NCBI GenBank assembly: GCA_002633005.1
Contig: NMRA01000220.1
Location: 62,001 to 126,000 of the forward strand
Source of the DNA: Phoronis australis
Lineage: Eukaryota; Animalia; Phoronida
Direction: 5' to 3'
Length of the DNA stretch: 64,000 nt
Each line of letters begins with the position of its first letter. Position 1 is the stretch's first letter. The translations under genes and the position numbers were made by a program. This document shows positions 53,901 through 64,000 of this stretch, one piece after another. The notes under the pieces are model-generated. The model was given only the letters and a program-made list of their open reading frames with translations. It searched no databases and was not told where the DNA came from.

Positions 53901-56900
53901 CTGTTGTCAACTTAATATAAATAAATTTGCTAAATTTAATAAAGATCCTGTAGAGCGTTTAGGACATACAGCCATGGGCACAAAAACAAACAAAACTGCC
54001 ACTAGGAGGCGCCACAGTATTCGAAGTCATCGGAAAATCATCGTCAAATGTCCTCTTCATAGTAAAAACATACATGCCAATGTTCACAATCATCCTTAGA
54101 GTGGTTTGGTTGATAGAAGGGCAGACGTCAAAAAATGGATTCCAAAACAGTAAAAATGGCCACTAGATGGCGCAAAATGCCTCAAATCCATCCCAAAACA
54201 GGAGGATAACATTATCTCATGCCTATATGCCAAGTTTCATGAAAATCGGTTGAGGACCCTTGAAGATACAGAGGCAAACGTAAAAAAAATAAAATTGCCA
54301 CTAGGGGGTACAGCAGTACTCAAGTCCGTTTGAAATTTGTTGCCCTCTGTACTCAACCCCATAGGAACACACATGCTAAATTTCAATACTATCGTGCAAG
54401 GGGTTTAAGAGATACAGCCGCAGACGCTGGACGCCCAGACAGAAATGACGGCAATATGCACCCACGCATAAAAATCCCTTGATGATAGTTGTCCGTTACC
54501 TCCCAGTTCCTATAAACCCATCATTAACGGAACACGGCTTTAAACAAGCCTTAAAAGAAACCACAGCACTGCTGACCTAGCTCACCTTTTCATGGCTTCT
54601 GGTGTCTTCATATATTTACTGTGCAGTTTTCTCTGCACCAGCTCTGTGCCTACAGTCCATGGCTGGTCCACACCAGGCTCTAAACTACATGGATCTTTGT
54701 ACAGCAGTAGAAGTCTGTGATCCCAGTGGACAGAACTCATCTCCGACATGTTGTCAAAGTTGAAGTCACCACACAGGATGTCAAAGGCAATTATGTCATG
54801 AGACTGACGCGACGAGTTTCTAAATGCTTCTAGCCAGTCGTGAACCTCAGTGAGTTGACAGTTTCGCACATCGTGTTCACCTGGGAAATTAACGTGAAGT
54901 GAAGTAGTACAATCACATAAATTTTCTCGTACCAAATTCAGTGTCAAACTCTAAATTGTTTTAACTTTTAATCAGAAGAAAGACTTGGTGTTAATTGTAA
55001 TCTTGATTGTCCAAATGCAAAACTCACTTGCCATGAAAAAGAAAGAAAATAGGGCTGTCAAACATTTTTGTACTTAAATATCATGATCACTGTTTATTAG
55101 GTGATTTGTATTGTTCAAGTGTATTGTTCAAGTGTATTGTTCAAGTGTATTGTTCAAGTGTATTGTCAGGATCTAAAGTACCTCGAATGTGACCAGTGTA
55201 TATAGTAATGACATGTTACATAATTTGTACAACTGCCCATCAATTCATTGGATAGTAATTGTGTAATCGATCAACGTTAAAAACGATGCCATCCGTCCGA
55301 ACCAAGTGTTGTAAGTTCACAGTTGTAAAATGTGTCAGTTTGCTCAGCAAAAATGAAAGTTATCAAATTTTGTACCCAAAACCGCGATAATGACAATCCC
55401 ACTCGGCAAATAATTAGACAGGTGTCAAAATTTCTTAAAAAACCTTTAGACACAAATAGTTTCGTTCCATCCATTGCTATAGGAATACTTACGATGCTCA
55501 GATTGTAGATGTGTGTTGGCTATGTACCCAACAATATTCCTTTGGACACCAGCCTTCATCACTGAGCAGACTTGGACCTATACACAGATTGGACAAGTGC
55601 AGATTTAGTTAAAGTTGAGTAAAATATCAAATGGAGCACAATTTTTTTGTTTCGATAAATTCCTGCGCTTTGAATTTCATAGCATGTTTATTATGGTAAC
55701 CTATATCAATTTATAATAGCCAAATACATCTGTATCTACAAAACGGCAAAATATGTACACTGTCTAAAACAAAACATCAATTTTTATAAATTAGCTTACT
55801 AAATTAGTGTTGGACTTTACACCAATCTGCCAACGACAGCTGACACGAAAAGTCTCTGAATTAAAATGTCGTAAAAAATTGTATAAGAAAACTACATTCG
55901 CAACAGAGAAAGAATACCAATACCTCCTAAGTTCCTTTTAATCAATTTTAAGTCAAGTTAAGATGAAATCTAAAAAGTGCTGTTAAAAAGAATGAAAATT
56001 ATAATTTTTGTAAAAAAAATCACAACAAAACTGCTAGTCTCTGATAACAAACTACACCCCCTAGTCTTTATGATCAAAAATGACAATGGTTATAGGCCAA
56101 GGTAAGCATACAATGGTAGTTCATATGAATGTTCCTATTCATTGTAAACTTCGTTAAAAACACGGCTAAACTTTTTGTTTGAAAGCTTGAACATTATGAT
56201 ACACTCCGTGAGCTTTAGTCGAAAACCAGTAAACAAGAGCAACGCGGAGTGTTGAAATGCGTCCAAGAATACATCGCACATGGTGTGCTTTTGGGGTTAT
56301 TTATTTGTATCATAAAAATGGCCACTAGATGGTGCAAAAACGTACAATCCATCCAAAAACGGGAACATGCCATATTTTATAAAAATCTGTCAAGGAACTT
56401 CAGAGAAACAAAGGAAAACAGAACAAAATGAAATTGTAACTTGTGGGCACAGCGTCCGTTCCATCCGCCTTCAAGTCGTCGTCTGTTATCTTCATATAAA
56501 TTCACTTACTAAATTTAATAAAGATCCTGAAGTGGGTTTTGGAGATACAGCTATGGGCAAACAACAAAACAAAACTACCACTAGGAGGCGCCACAGAGGT
56601 CAGTCGCCATCATCAGTCCTCTTCACACTGAAAACATATACGCCAATTTTCAAAACCATCCCTAGAATGATTTGGTTGATTGAGGGGTGGACGCCAAAAA
56701 CAAGATTTGAAAACAGCAAAAAATGGCCACCAGGTGGCGCAAAATACCTCAATTCCATCCACAAACAAGATGATAGCGTCATCTCACCAATAGATGCCTA
56801 TATTCAAAATTTCATGAAAATCTGTTGAGGACCTTTGAAGATGCAGACTGGTAAACGTAATAAACTAAAATTGCCACTAGGGGGCACACCACTAGTCAGA

Positions 56901-59559
56901 TCCGTCCGAAAGCCGTCGTCATCTATTTTCAACATCATATAAATTACACTTGCTAAATTAAGTAAAGATCCTGTAAACGGTTTAATAGACACAGCCATGA
57001 GCGCAAAAAAAACTGCCACTAGGAGGTGCCACAGTAGTCAAACGCGTCGGAAAATCGTCGTCAGCCGTCCACTTCATAGTAAAAACATACATGCAAATTT
57101 TCACACTTATCCTGAAAGCGGTTTGGTTGATAGACGAGTGGAGCCAAAAAACAGACTCGAAAACAGTAAAAATGGCCACTACGTGGCGCAAACTAGGTCG
57201 AATTCATCTGAAAACGGAGAGATAGCGTCATCTCATTAACAGATGCCTGTATGTCATATTTTATAAAAATACCTTGAGGACCTTTGAACATACAGACTGA
57301 GGTAAACGTAAAAAAAAATTGACACTAGGTGGCACACCAGTAGTCAGATCAGTCTGAAAGTTGTCGTCCTCTGTTGTTAACATCATATAAATACACTTAC
57401 TAACTTTAGTAAAGATCTTGCGAACAGTTTAGGGGATTCAGCCATAGGCGCAAAAAAAACTTCCACTAGGAGGCGCCACAGTAGTCGAAGTCGTCGGAAA
57501 ATAATCGTCAGCCGTCCACTTCATAGTAAAAACATACACACCAATTTTCACAACCATCCTTTGAGCGCTTTGGTTGATAGAGGGGTGCACGCAAAAAAAC
57601 AGACTCGAAAACAGTATAAATGGCCACCATTTGAAAATGGGAGGATAGCGTCATCTCACTAATAGGTGCCCATATACCAAATTTATGAAAATCTGTTCAG
57701 GACTTTTGAACAAACAGAGGTAAACATAGAAAACTAAAATTGCCACTAGTCGGATCCGTCCGAAAGTTCGCTCACGTCGTCCCATCCACAAAAGGAACAC
57801 ATGTGCAAAATTTCATGAACATACGTCAAGGCGTTTTGGAGATAGAGCAGTGGACGCCAGATGGACGGAGATGACTGCATAATGCGTCTACATATAAATA
57901 TTTGGGCACATAAAAATGAAGGAGTTGCACATAGAAGACACTTTCCCTACAAGTATGCATGGAAATCAAGAATGGGTCATAATTCAAGGAAATACGGTCA
58001 AATTGCAAAATGTTCATGATATGCACTATGACATTTCGTATGATGTTTTTGAAAGCTTTGTCGAAATTCGATGAAAAACATAGGAGTTGTGCATGTCTCC
58101 TCATTCATACGTGAAAATCAAACAGGCCATAATTCAGGAAAATACAATCATATCGTAAAATACTGATGATATGCACAAAAGATTCATGACGCATTCCCTG
58201 AACTCTGATCGAAATCCAATGAGAAACGTAAGAGGAATCGCACATAGAAGAAAGTTTCCATAAAGGCATACTTGGAAATCGAAAATGGGCTAAGAATCAA
58301 AAAAATAAAGGTCACATTACAATACACCTATGGCATGAGCTATGACATTTCAAAGGTAGTTTTTGGAACGTTTGGTCGACATCAGAAAAGAAATGGAGGA
58401 GTTGACCACAGACCATTTGTTTGCATGAAAAGATGGACAGAAACACAGACACATGGAATGACACCTACTTAATTAAGTACCATTTACTAGATACCTTCAT
58501 TTTTGTAGGGGACACAGAGGTAGCGGGAGCAGTCTGAAAACTCATGTCATCACATCTAGAATGGGAACTTCTCTGCAAAATTTCACGAACACCCGTTTGG
58601 GGATTTGGAGATACAGCAGTGGACTGCAGATGGACCGAGATGATGGCATACTAGTAATGGGCCCGCATATATATGTATGGGCTCATAAAAATACAAAATG
58701 CAACTCAAACCTTTAACATTAAAAGTCCTTTTGCAGCAAAAACATCTTCAAGAGCACAGTGTCCAAAACGTCTGAACTCCACATCCAACAGTTTGTATCG
58801 GCTGGCAAACAACAAGCCACTGTTCATGATGAAATAATTACTTCTCCATGAGTACTTGCCAACGTCATAGACAATGTAAGGGTAGTACTTATGCAGAGTA
58901 TTGACCAGGGTGTGGCCAGCTCTCTGATCAAACACTTCTTGAACACAAAGGAAGTCAATGCCCGCTGGAAAGTTTGTGGATACGTTTGACTGAGATATTT
59001 CAGATTCAGCTGTGGATTTCACCGTGTCGTCTATTTGAATATTGACAGTTGCTTGTGAGTTCGTAATCAAGTTAGTCTGCGAGGCTACTATGTGATGCCC
59101 TATAGTGCGTGCACGACTCTGAGTCTTCGACAAGTTGCTTAGCCGAGCAGTGGCCTCAGGAAGTAACAGAACATTGGTAGAGCAAACTGTCATGGAAGGA
59201 ATATCCACTACATTGATGGTTTCCTTACAGTCACGATACGTGCCAGTGCTGGGTGCTGGTTTGTAGGAATACCGGTATGGTTTGCGGAAATGGTTTACTG
59301 GAATCCAAAAAAACAGCCCTAGGATGGCAAACGGCGAAGAGACCAAGAAGACAGCCAGTAAGATTGGAATGGCAAAGGTCAGGATTACGTATCTTTGGTA
59401 GCACGGGTCTTCATCAGTGGCTGCCACTTCATCACTAGTACGAATGAACAAGGACAGAAACACATTCAAAAGCCAAAAGCAGGGAAAAATTAGAGCCCAT
59501 CCAAACGCATGGATAGCGCCTAAGCAGCAGTTTGAGAATTGTCTTTCATGCAGCACCAT
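47950..59559 (-). CDS. SMPD3: Neutral sphingomyelinase 2-like (SMPD3/SMPD5 family), 5 coding exons, 484 aa
   Basis: Exons 59559-58711, 55577-55493, 54880-54586, 51189-51069, 48054-47950 (1455 nt, phases consistent). N-terminus MVLHERQFSNCCLGAIHAFGWALIFPCFWL closely follows vertebrate SMPD3; two hydrophobic segments; NVLLLPE, DFLCVQEVFDQRA, NSGLLFASRY, AAKGLL, NTHLQ, CGDFNFDN, GKRRIDF and LTDHIPI catalytic motifs. In-frame stop upstream at ~59590. Confidence 0.95.
48928..49307. other. Assembly gap (380 N) in the last SMPD3 intron
   Basis: Run of N; the flanking exons join in phase without needing sequence from the gap. Confidence 1.
52715..54474 (-). mobile_element. Composite HINE-like element: full copy D (53182-54474) joined to 5'-truncated copy C (52715-53181)
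   Basis: Two ACAAGAGCAACG 3' ends (52715, 53182) but only one 5' end (54455-54474). Confidence 0.85.
55108..55146. repeat. 13-bp tandem repeat, ~3-4 copies
   Basis: (GTATTGTTCAAGT)n. Confidence 0.85.
56233..57916 (-). mobile_element. HINE-like element, longest copy (E), with expanded internal array
   Basis: 3' end ACAAGAGCAACGCGGAGTGTTG at 56233; 5' hairpin and A-run at 57880-57916; about 3 copies of a ~445-bp trimeric unit. Confidence 0.85.
57917..58691 (-). mobile_element. Second repetitive element (57917-58520) plus a 5'-end fragment of the HINE family (58560-58691)
   Basis: Internal repeats GGAGTTG(C/T)..CAT, CATAATTCA(A)GGAAA and a GACAG/ACAC microsatellite; then the hairpin GGGCCCGCATATATATGTATGGGCTC plus A-run ending 20 nt from the SMPD3 splice donor. 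Confidence 0.6.
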
Positions 59560-59660
59560 CTTGAATCTCTCCCACTTCAAAAGGTTATTTTACAATAATA
59601 GTCTTTCTTGTTTACCGCGTAAAGAAAGCCACCAAGCTGTGAGCCTGAGGCAGTATAAGA

Positions 59661-59849
59661 TCATTCGATATGTCCAGCATCTTTGAGAGTGATCCTTTTA
59701 GATAAAAATATAGCAGCAATTATAGAGATGACAATGACTAGAAAGGCAAAAATGTAAAATGTTTCCTCATCAAAAATGTCCGTAAAAGAGGGAATGTGCT
59801 TGGACATTTCCTGAACTATTTTCTTCGCGGGGTGCTTATCCGGCAACAT
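59661..59849 (-). CDS. 62-aa single-pass membrane micropeptide upstream of SMPD3 in the same apparent exon
   Basis: MLPDKHPAKKIVQEMSKHIPSFTDIFDEETFYIFAFLVIVISIIAAIFLSKRITLKDAGHIE; ATG (AAGATG) 10 nt after a strong acceptor ATATTTTACAG|G at 59860/59859; 19-aa hydrophobic helix followed by KR; TGA 101 nt before the SMPD3 ATG. Confidence 0.7.
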   Translation of the reverse strand: MLPDKHPAKKIVQEMSKHIPSFTDIFDEETFYIFAFLVIVISIIAAIFLSKRITLKDAGHIE

Positions 59850-60299
59850 CTTAGTACACCTGTAAAATATCAAGAACTTTCATACAATTTACTACACTGG
59901 TTTAGAAACACTTGTAATGTCAATGTCAATACTGAGACTTAATTACAATGTTAAAAATTTCATTGAGACAGACCATCCTGAGTAGCCAGCACAGCTACAC
60001 GGGATGCTCAAGATTCCCAAGTGCACCAAAATTCTGAAATCACGACAAAAAAGCATTGCACTAACTGATTAAGAGCACAAACCAAACTCATGATTATCAG
60101 ACATTACAATCACACAGAATGAGCAGAGAATAGACTATTTTAATCCGAGGGAAAAGTTCCCTGAATGGGGTGGCCGACCTCCACATAACCCGGCCGTTTG
60201 GTCTCAAGAACATTGACTGTACTAATAATTGCATTCAGCGATCAATTTTGTTGCTGGAATGAATTAGGCCTATTTGAACGTAAACGTTGATGTTACAAG

Positions 60300-61250
60300 C
60301 AGTGTAAAAATGACCAGTTGTCTATTTGGGTAGCTGAACGAAGGACTGCTCAAAATAGTTTGATAATGGGAGTATATTTGTTCAAGTTGTAAGGAATTAC
60401 AGATTTCAACAGCCAGTGAAGTTGTCCCTCCATGCGCAAAAGGTACTAATAGCAAAGTGATTTTGGTGGCTTAATCAATGTAAGGCATCATTTGCCGAAA
60501 AGCTTCTGGCATATGAAGGGCCTACGGGATGACCACCGTATCTAATGCTAGTTGAGACAGAGGCACTATCTAGATTAGACAGAAACCACTGTCTCTAGCT
60601 GGCTCAATAGAGACGATGTAGCTGCTATAGGCACCTCATACGCCTTTCGGCGAATTATGCCTCACACTGACTAAAACGTCAAAGTCACATTGTTATAAAT
60701 TACCTTATGCGCATAGAGGGTCAACTTTACAGCTAGACTGTTGATGTCTTTAATTAATACCTTACAGTTTGAACAAAGACTCCCATCATTAAACTTTTTT
60801 GAGCAGTCCTTCATTCAGTTCCAAAATTTGGTAACTGACAATTTTTAACACTGCATGGCAGGTGGTATGACATATACCCTGGCGTGCGCAGTGTAAAAAT
60901 GGCCAGTTACCAATTTTGGGAACTGAACGAGGGGCTGCTTGAAGAAAAATTTAAATTTGATAAAGGGAGTATTTGTTAGGGTTAGAAGAAATTAAAGACG
61001 TTATCGACAGCCTCCTAAGCCAAGCCCAAGGGCAAAGTGTATTTATTAGGGTTAGTAGAAAGCCCAAGTAGGACAAGGTGTCCCTCTATCATGTGAATAA
61101 CGTATTTATAACAACGTGACTTTGATGCTTTAATTGGTGTGAGGCATAATTAGCCTAAAAACTTACAGCATATATGAAGTGCCTATGCCTATAGGAGATA
61201 CACAGTCTCTATTGAGTCAGATAGAAACGGTGGACAATGTCTGTGTGTAG
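60300..61250. mobile_element. Foldback-type element with three long diverged arms (A, inverted A, A)
   Basis: CAGTGTAAAAATGACCAGTT (60300) ... AACTGACAATTTTTAACACTG (60853), then CAGTGTAAAAATGGCCAGTT (60889); arms of ~270-360 bp share GAACGA.GG.CTGCT, GGGAGTA, AGGCAT.AT and TGCCTA motifs. Confidence 0.75.
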
Positions 61251-61259
61251 ACTAGATCA

Positions 61260-61323
61260 TAGGCAATGACCATTGACTCTGTTGGCCCGAACCAGAGCCA
61301 ACAGAGGCGATGGTCATTGCCTA
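61260..61323. mobile_element. 64-bp hairpin insertion with perfect 9-bp target-site duplication
   Basis: ACTAGATCA | TAGGCAATGACCATTGACTCTGTTGGC-10 nt loop-GCCAACAGAGGCGATGGTCATTGCCTA | ACTAGATCA. Confidence 0.85.
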
Positions 61324-61435
61324 ACTAGATCATTGTGCCGTGGTTGACAACCCAAATCATGACCTTCTGGCTTCTGACGTTCTGTCCTGAAGACGAAAAT
61401 CAATGATGACAAAAAAGAAGTTAAGGAACACTGAC

Positions 61436-61648
61436 CTTTCTTTTTACAATGTAACGGCTCTTCTCATAAGAAAACTTCAATCACGTATTATTCAACTAGG
61501 AAAAGTGCACTTTCAAAACACAGGTTCCAAACCCAACACCATTTATTTCTCACACCGTTTAAACTCAAAACAGATGACTTCAACACGGAAGTAGCTAGTG
61601 CCCCCTTGTGTTTGTGTTACATTTTGTCGCAAGAGAGCGCGCATCGTT
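61436..61648. promoter_or_regulatory. Putative bidirectional promoter and non-coding first exon of the micropeptide/SMPD3 transcript
   Basis: Minus-strand donor GAAAG|GTCAGT at 61436/61435; ETS-type ACGGAAGT at ~61585; divergent ATG at 61649. Confidence 0.45.
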
Positions 61649-63751
61649 ATGGACGAAAACTCGGAAAATTTAAAGCTCAAACAAGAAATAGCATATTTAA
61701 CAGGTAATCCGTCTACTATTTGTAACCTGTTTGGTGTGGCTATGTATTGCGTATATAGGGAAATCAGATGAATACAATTGTAGTTTTGTCCAAGCAACGA
61801 GGTTCCCAGTTTTGTTAAAAGTTCGACCTGTAACCGTAGAGAGTCAGTGTAAAGAACAGTGCACACTCACTCTGTGTGGCTGAGGTCCTGAAGTGAGGTG
61901 ACTGAGAGTGTGGCAGATGATATAATTTCATAGTATTTTGTTCTTCCTCTTAAATTCTATGGTATTGCTGGAAAAACTTGTTTTATGTAGTTTTCTATGC
62001 TTGTTGCAGTCCAAACTGTAGACAGTGACCACAGTCTCTAGCTGGCCAGTACTGGCCAGTAGAGATGGTGAAGGTCCTATACTCACTGCTTCACTATCTC
62101 GACTGATGCATGTCCAGCTCATTAATTTTATCAATGGAATATATTCTGAAATACTGGAAATGAAATTAATAAATTCTCATTTTTTTATTTTTAAGGTTTG
62201 AAACTTATGAAAACTTGTGCCAAGATGAGGCACCCATCAAGTTAATATTATGCGTCTTTTTTAGTTTGGTACAGTGTCAGATGCTACAAAAAGTAGACTA
62301 CTGCCTGATCATTGATGCTCTATTTTTAAATGACAATTATCCTGTTCAAGGTCTCATCAAGGCACATGGGTCTTCAGACAGAGATGCCGACAAACAACAG
62401 TATTTATGGCGCAAACCTCTCCTCCATAAGGGGGGGCATCGAGGAAGACATCTTCACAAGATGGTTGACTCCAAAAATACCACTTGGTCTCGATTCAAAA
62501 ACACTTACTCCTCTGTGGAAAACAGCTCTCAGTTAGCAAAATCTGAAGTGGATAACAAGCAATGCGTGAGGACATCAACTGAAAGCTCCAAGGCCCAGTG
62601 TAGTGGCTCCCGACATGTTCTCTTGCCTAATAGCACAGGAAAAGGGAAATTACCAGCTTACTCTGTACAAACTGGAACAAGAACCCAAAATAAAATACCT
62701 TCAAAGGAGCCTGGTTCTTCAAGGACTGTAATTTATAAAAACGCTAACTGGTCGAAGTACAAGAAAATCAACTTAGTACAACCAGGAAGCAGTTGTGTTG
62801 GTATTATGACCAGCACACCTTTAAGAGGAGACCTTAAGAAGACAGGAGTTTCTACGACTATTGGTGACATATCTGCCAATGTTTCTAATATTTCTTCAAT
62901 CAGTGTGTTGTCCTCGCCCGAGTCTGACAAGTTGACTGTCTCGAGTCTGGGTAGTTCAGCAACATCTGATATCAATACTCAAGGTGTCTCAAGTGTAGTT
63001 AATCTGAATACAGCAACTGCAGTGTCGAGCTGTGGTAAGACGGTTAGTGACAAATCAAATGGGGAAGTTGTCAAAGAAGCTTTCAATAGTCCTTGTGCCA
63101 GGCAGTCACAGCTCCTGACTTCTAAACAGAAGAACCGTTACAAGTATGTTAAAAGTTCGGCGTCATCCAGTGAAAGTCCGTCCAGTAGAAATACGATCAA
63201 GCCGTGGGTGGGTTCCAGTCCTGCACATGGCAAGAACAGATATAAATTTATTAGGAGCATTGGGAATGATAATTCCACAGTGGACAAAACTGTTAAAACC
63301 AGTGCCCCTTCCTCTAGTTCACAGCACCCTCTTCAGTTCAAAAGCAAATACAAACTGACTAGAAGCAGTTGTTCAGAAAATGTGAAAATGTTAAAGCCTC
63401 ACATCACCTCTAAACTAAAGCATAAATGTCGGTACAAACTTACCAGGAAGCCTAGTTTAGTGACAGGCACGTTGTCAAATCATTCACTTAATTCAAGCTC
63501 TGATTCAAAACTGCATCGTAAGACCAGGTACAGCATTTCAAGGCAACAGAGTGGTGGGGATGTGTCTAACAATAAAAAGATAACATCGTCGATTGTCAAC
63601 AAGTATAAAATTGTTCGTGAAAGACGGAATTGGAATAAGTCCCACCTGAAGATTGGCAATTTCAAGCTGCTGAATACTTCTTTCGTGGATAAAAAAAAAT
63701 CTTACCAGTCTAGTGAAACGGTGTGGAAAAGGGAAAATGCACCTAAAAGAA
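61649..63751 (+). CDS. ZC3H3: Probable zinc finger CCCH domain-containing protein 3 (ZC3H3), first two coding exons; gene continues beyond the window
   Basis: Exon 61649-61703 (MDENSENLKLKQEIAYLT, donor CAG|GTAAT) joins in phase to 62351-63751 (GLIKAHG..., donor AA|GTGAGT). LKQEIAYLTGLI resembles the ZC3H3 N-terminal helix (human LRRQIRLLQGLI); the long Ser/Lys-rich region has repeated (S/N)(K/R)YK(L/Y/F) motifs. The CCCH fingers are not in the window. Confidence 0.6.
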
Positions 63752-64000
63752 GTGAGTGCTGTTTGTTTATTTGCATCTGATCCCCTTTTTTCTCACCCAA
63801 CAGAATTTTCTATCCTTAACTCTGAGGCCGATTCATGGTTTTGATTTATATCTGGCAACATTTAAATGGACTGTAATCTTAATGGCATTGATAGGAAACA
63901 ATGCACTTGTGCTAAATGGCGGAGTTCACAGGAATGCAATGCATTTCTTTCAGTCAGGTAATTTTAAGATGGACATTTTTGTGTGAATATCTTAATGCAT

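Noticed and set aside
53447-57239. Several 60-150 aa ORFs with similar sequences inside the repeat copies
   Set aside because: Chance frames in HINE internal repeats; frames are not conserved between copies.
61403-61434. C/D box snoRNA-like ATGATGA...CTGA
   Set aside because: Only 32 nt long with no terminal stem.
62215-62350. N-terminal 45 aa of the 521-aa ORF
   Set aside because: Starts at a non-ATG codon in intron sequence; the coding exon begins at acceptor 62351.

Overview
Eukaryotic (metazoan, invertebrate-like, AT-rich) genomic DNA with GT-AG introns and one 380-nt assembly gap. I assembled four spliced protein genes by hand from splice sites and reading phases: (1) a complete 10-exon secreted GH16 beta-1,3-glucanase/LGBP-like gene (+, 2831-15637, 345 aa, intact EIDxxE catalytic motif); (2) a complete 4-exon ZNRF1/2-type RING E3 ligase (+, 20020-36214, 196 aa); (3) a complete neutral sphingomyelinase SMPD3/SMPD5-type gene with 5 coding exons (-, 59559-47950, 484 aa); (4) the 5' part of a probable ZC3H3 gene (+, from 61649), head-to-head with the sphingomyelinase. 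The most notable observation is a 62-aa single-transmembrane ORF in the same apparent exon as, and 101 nt upstream of, the sphingomyelinase start codon, suggesting a bicistronic micropeptide plus nSMase transcript. Introns and intergenic DNA hold a Penelope-like fragment with a minimal hammerhead ribozyme, a hAT transposase relic, THAP relics, many MITE/foldback hairpins, minisatellites, and about 7 copies of a DINE-1/HINE-like (Helentron non-autonomous) element whose internal ~145-bp repeats each carry a CTCF-consensus-like motif. Most short ORFs in the six-frame track are spurious. All homology calls come from motif recognition by eye; no database search was run.
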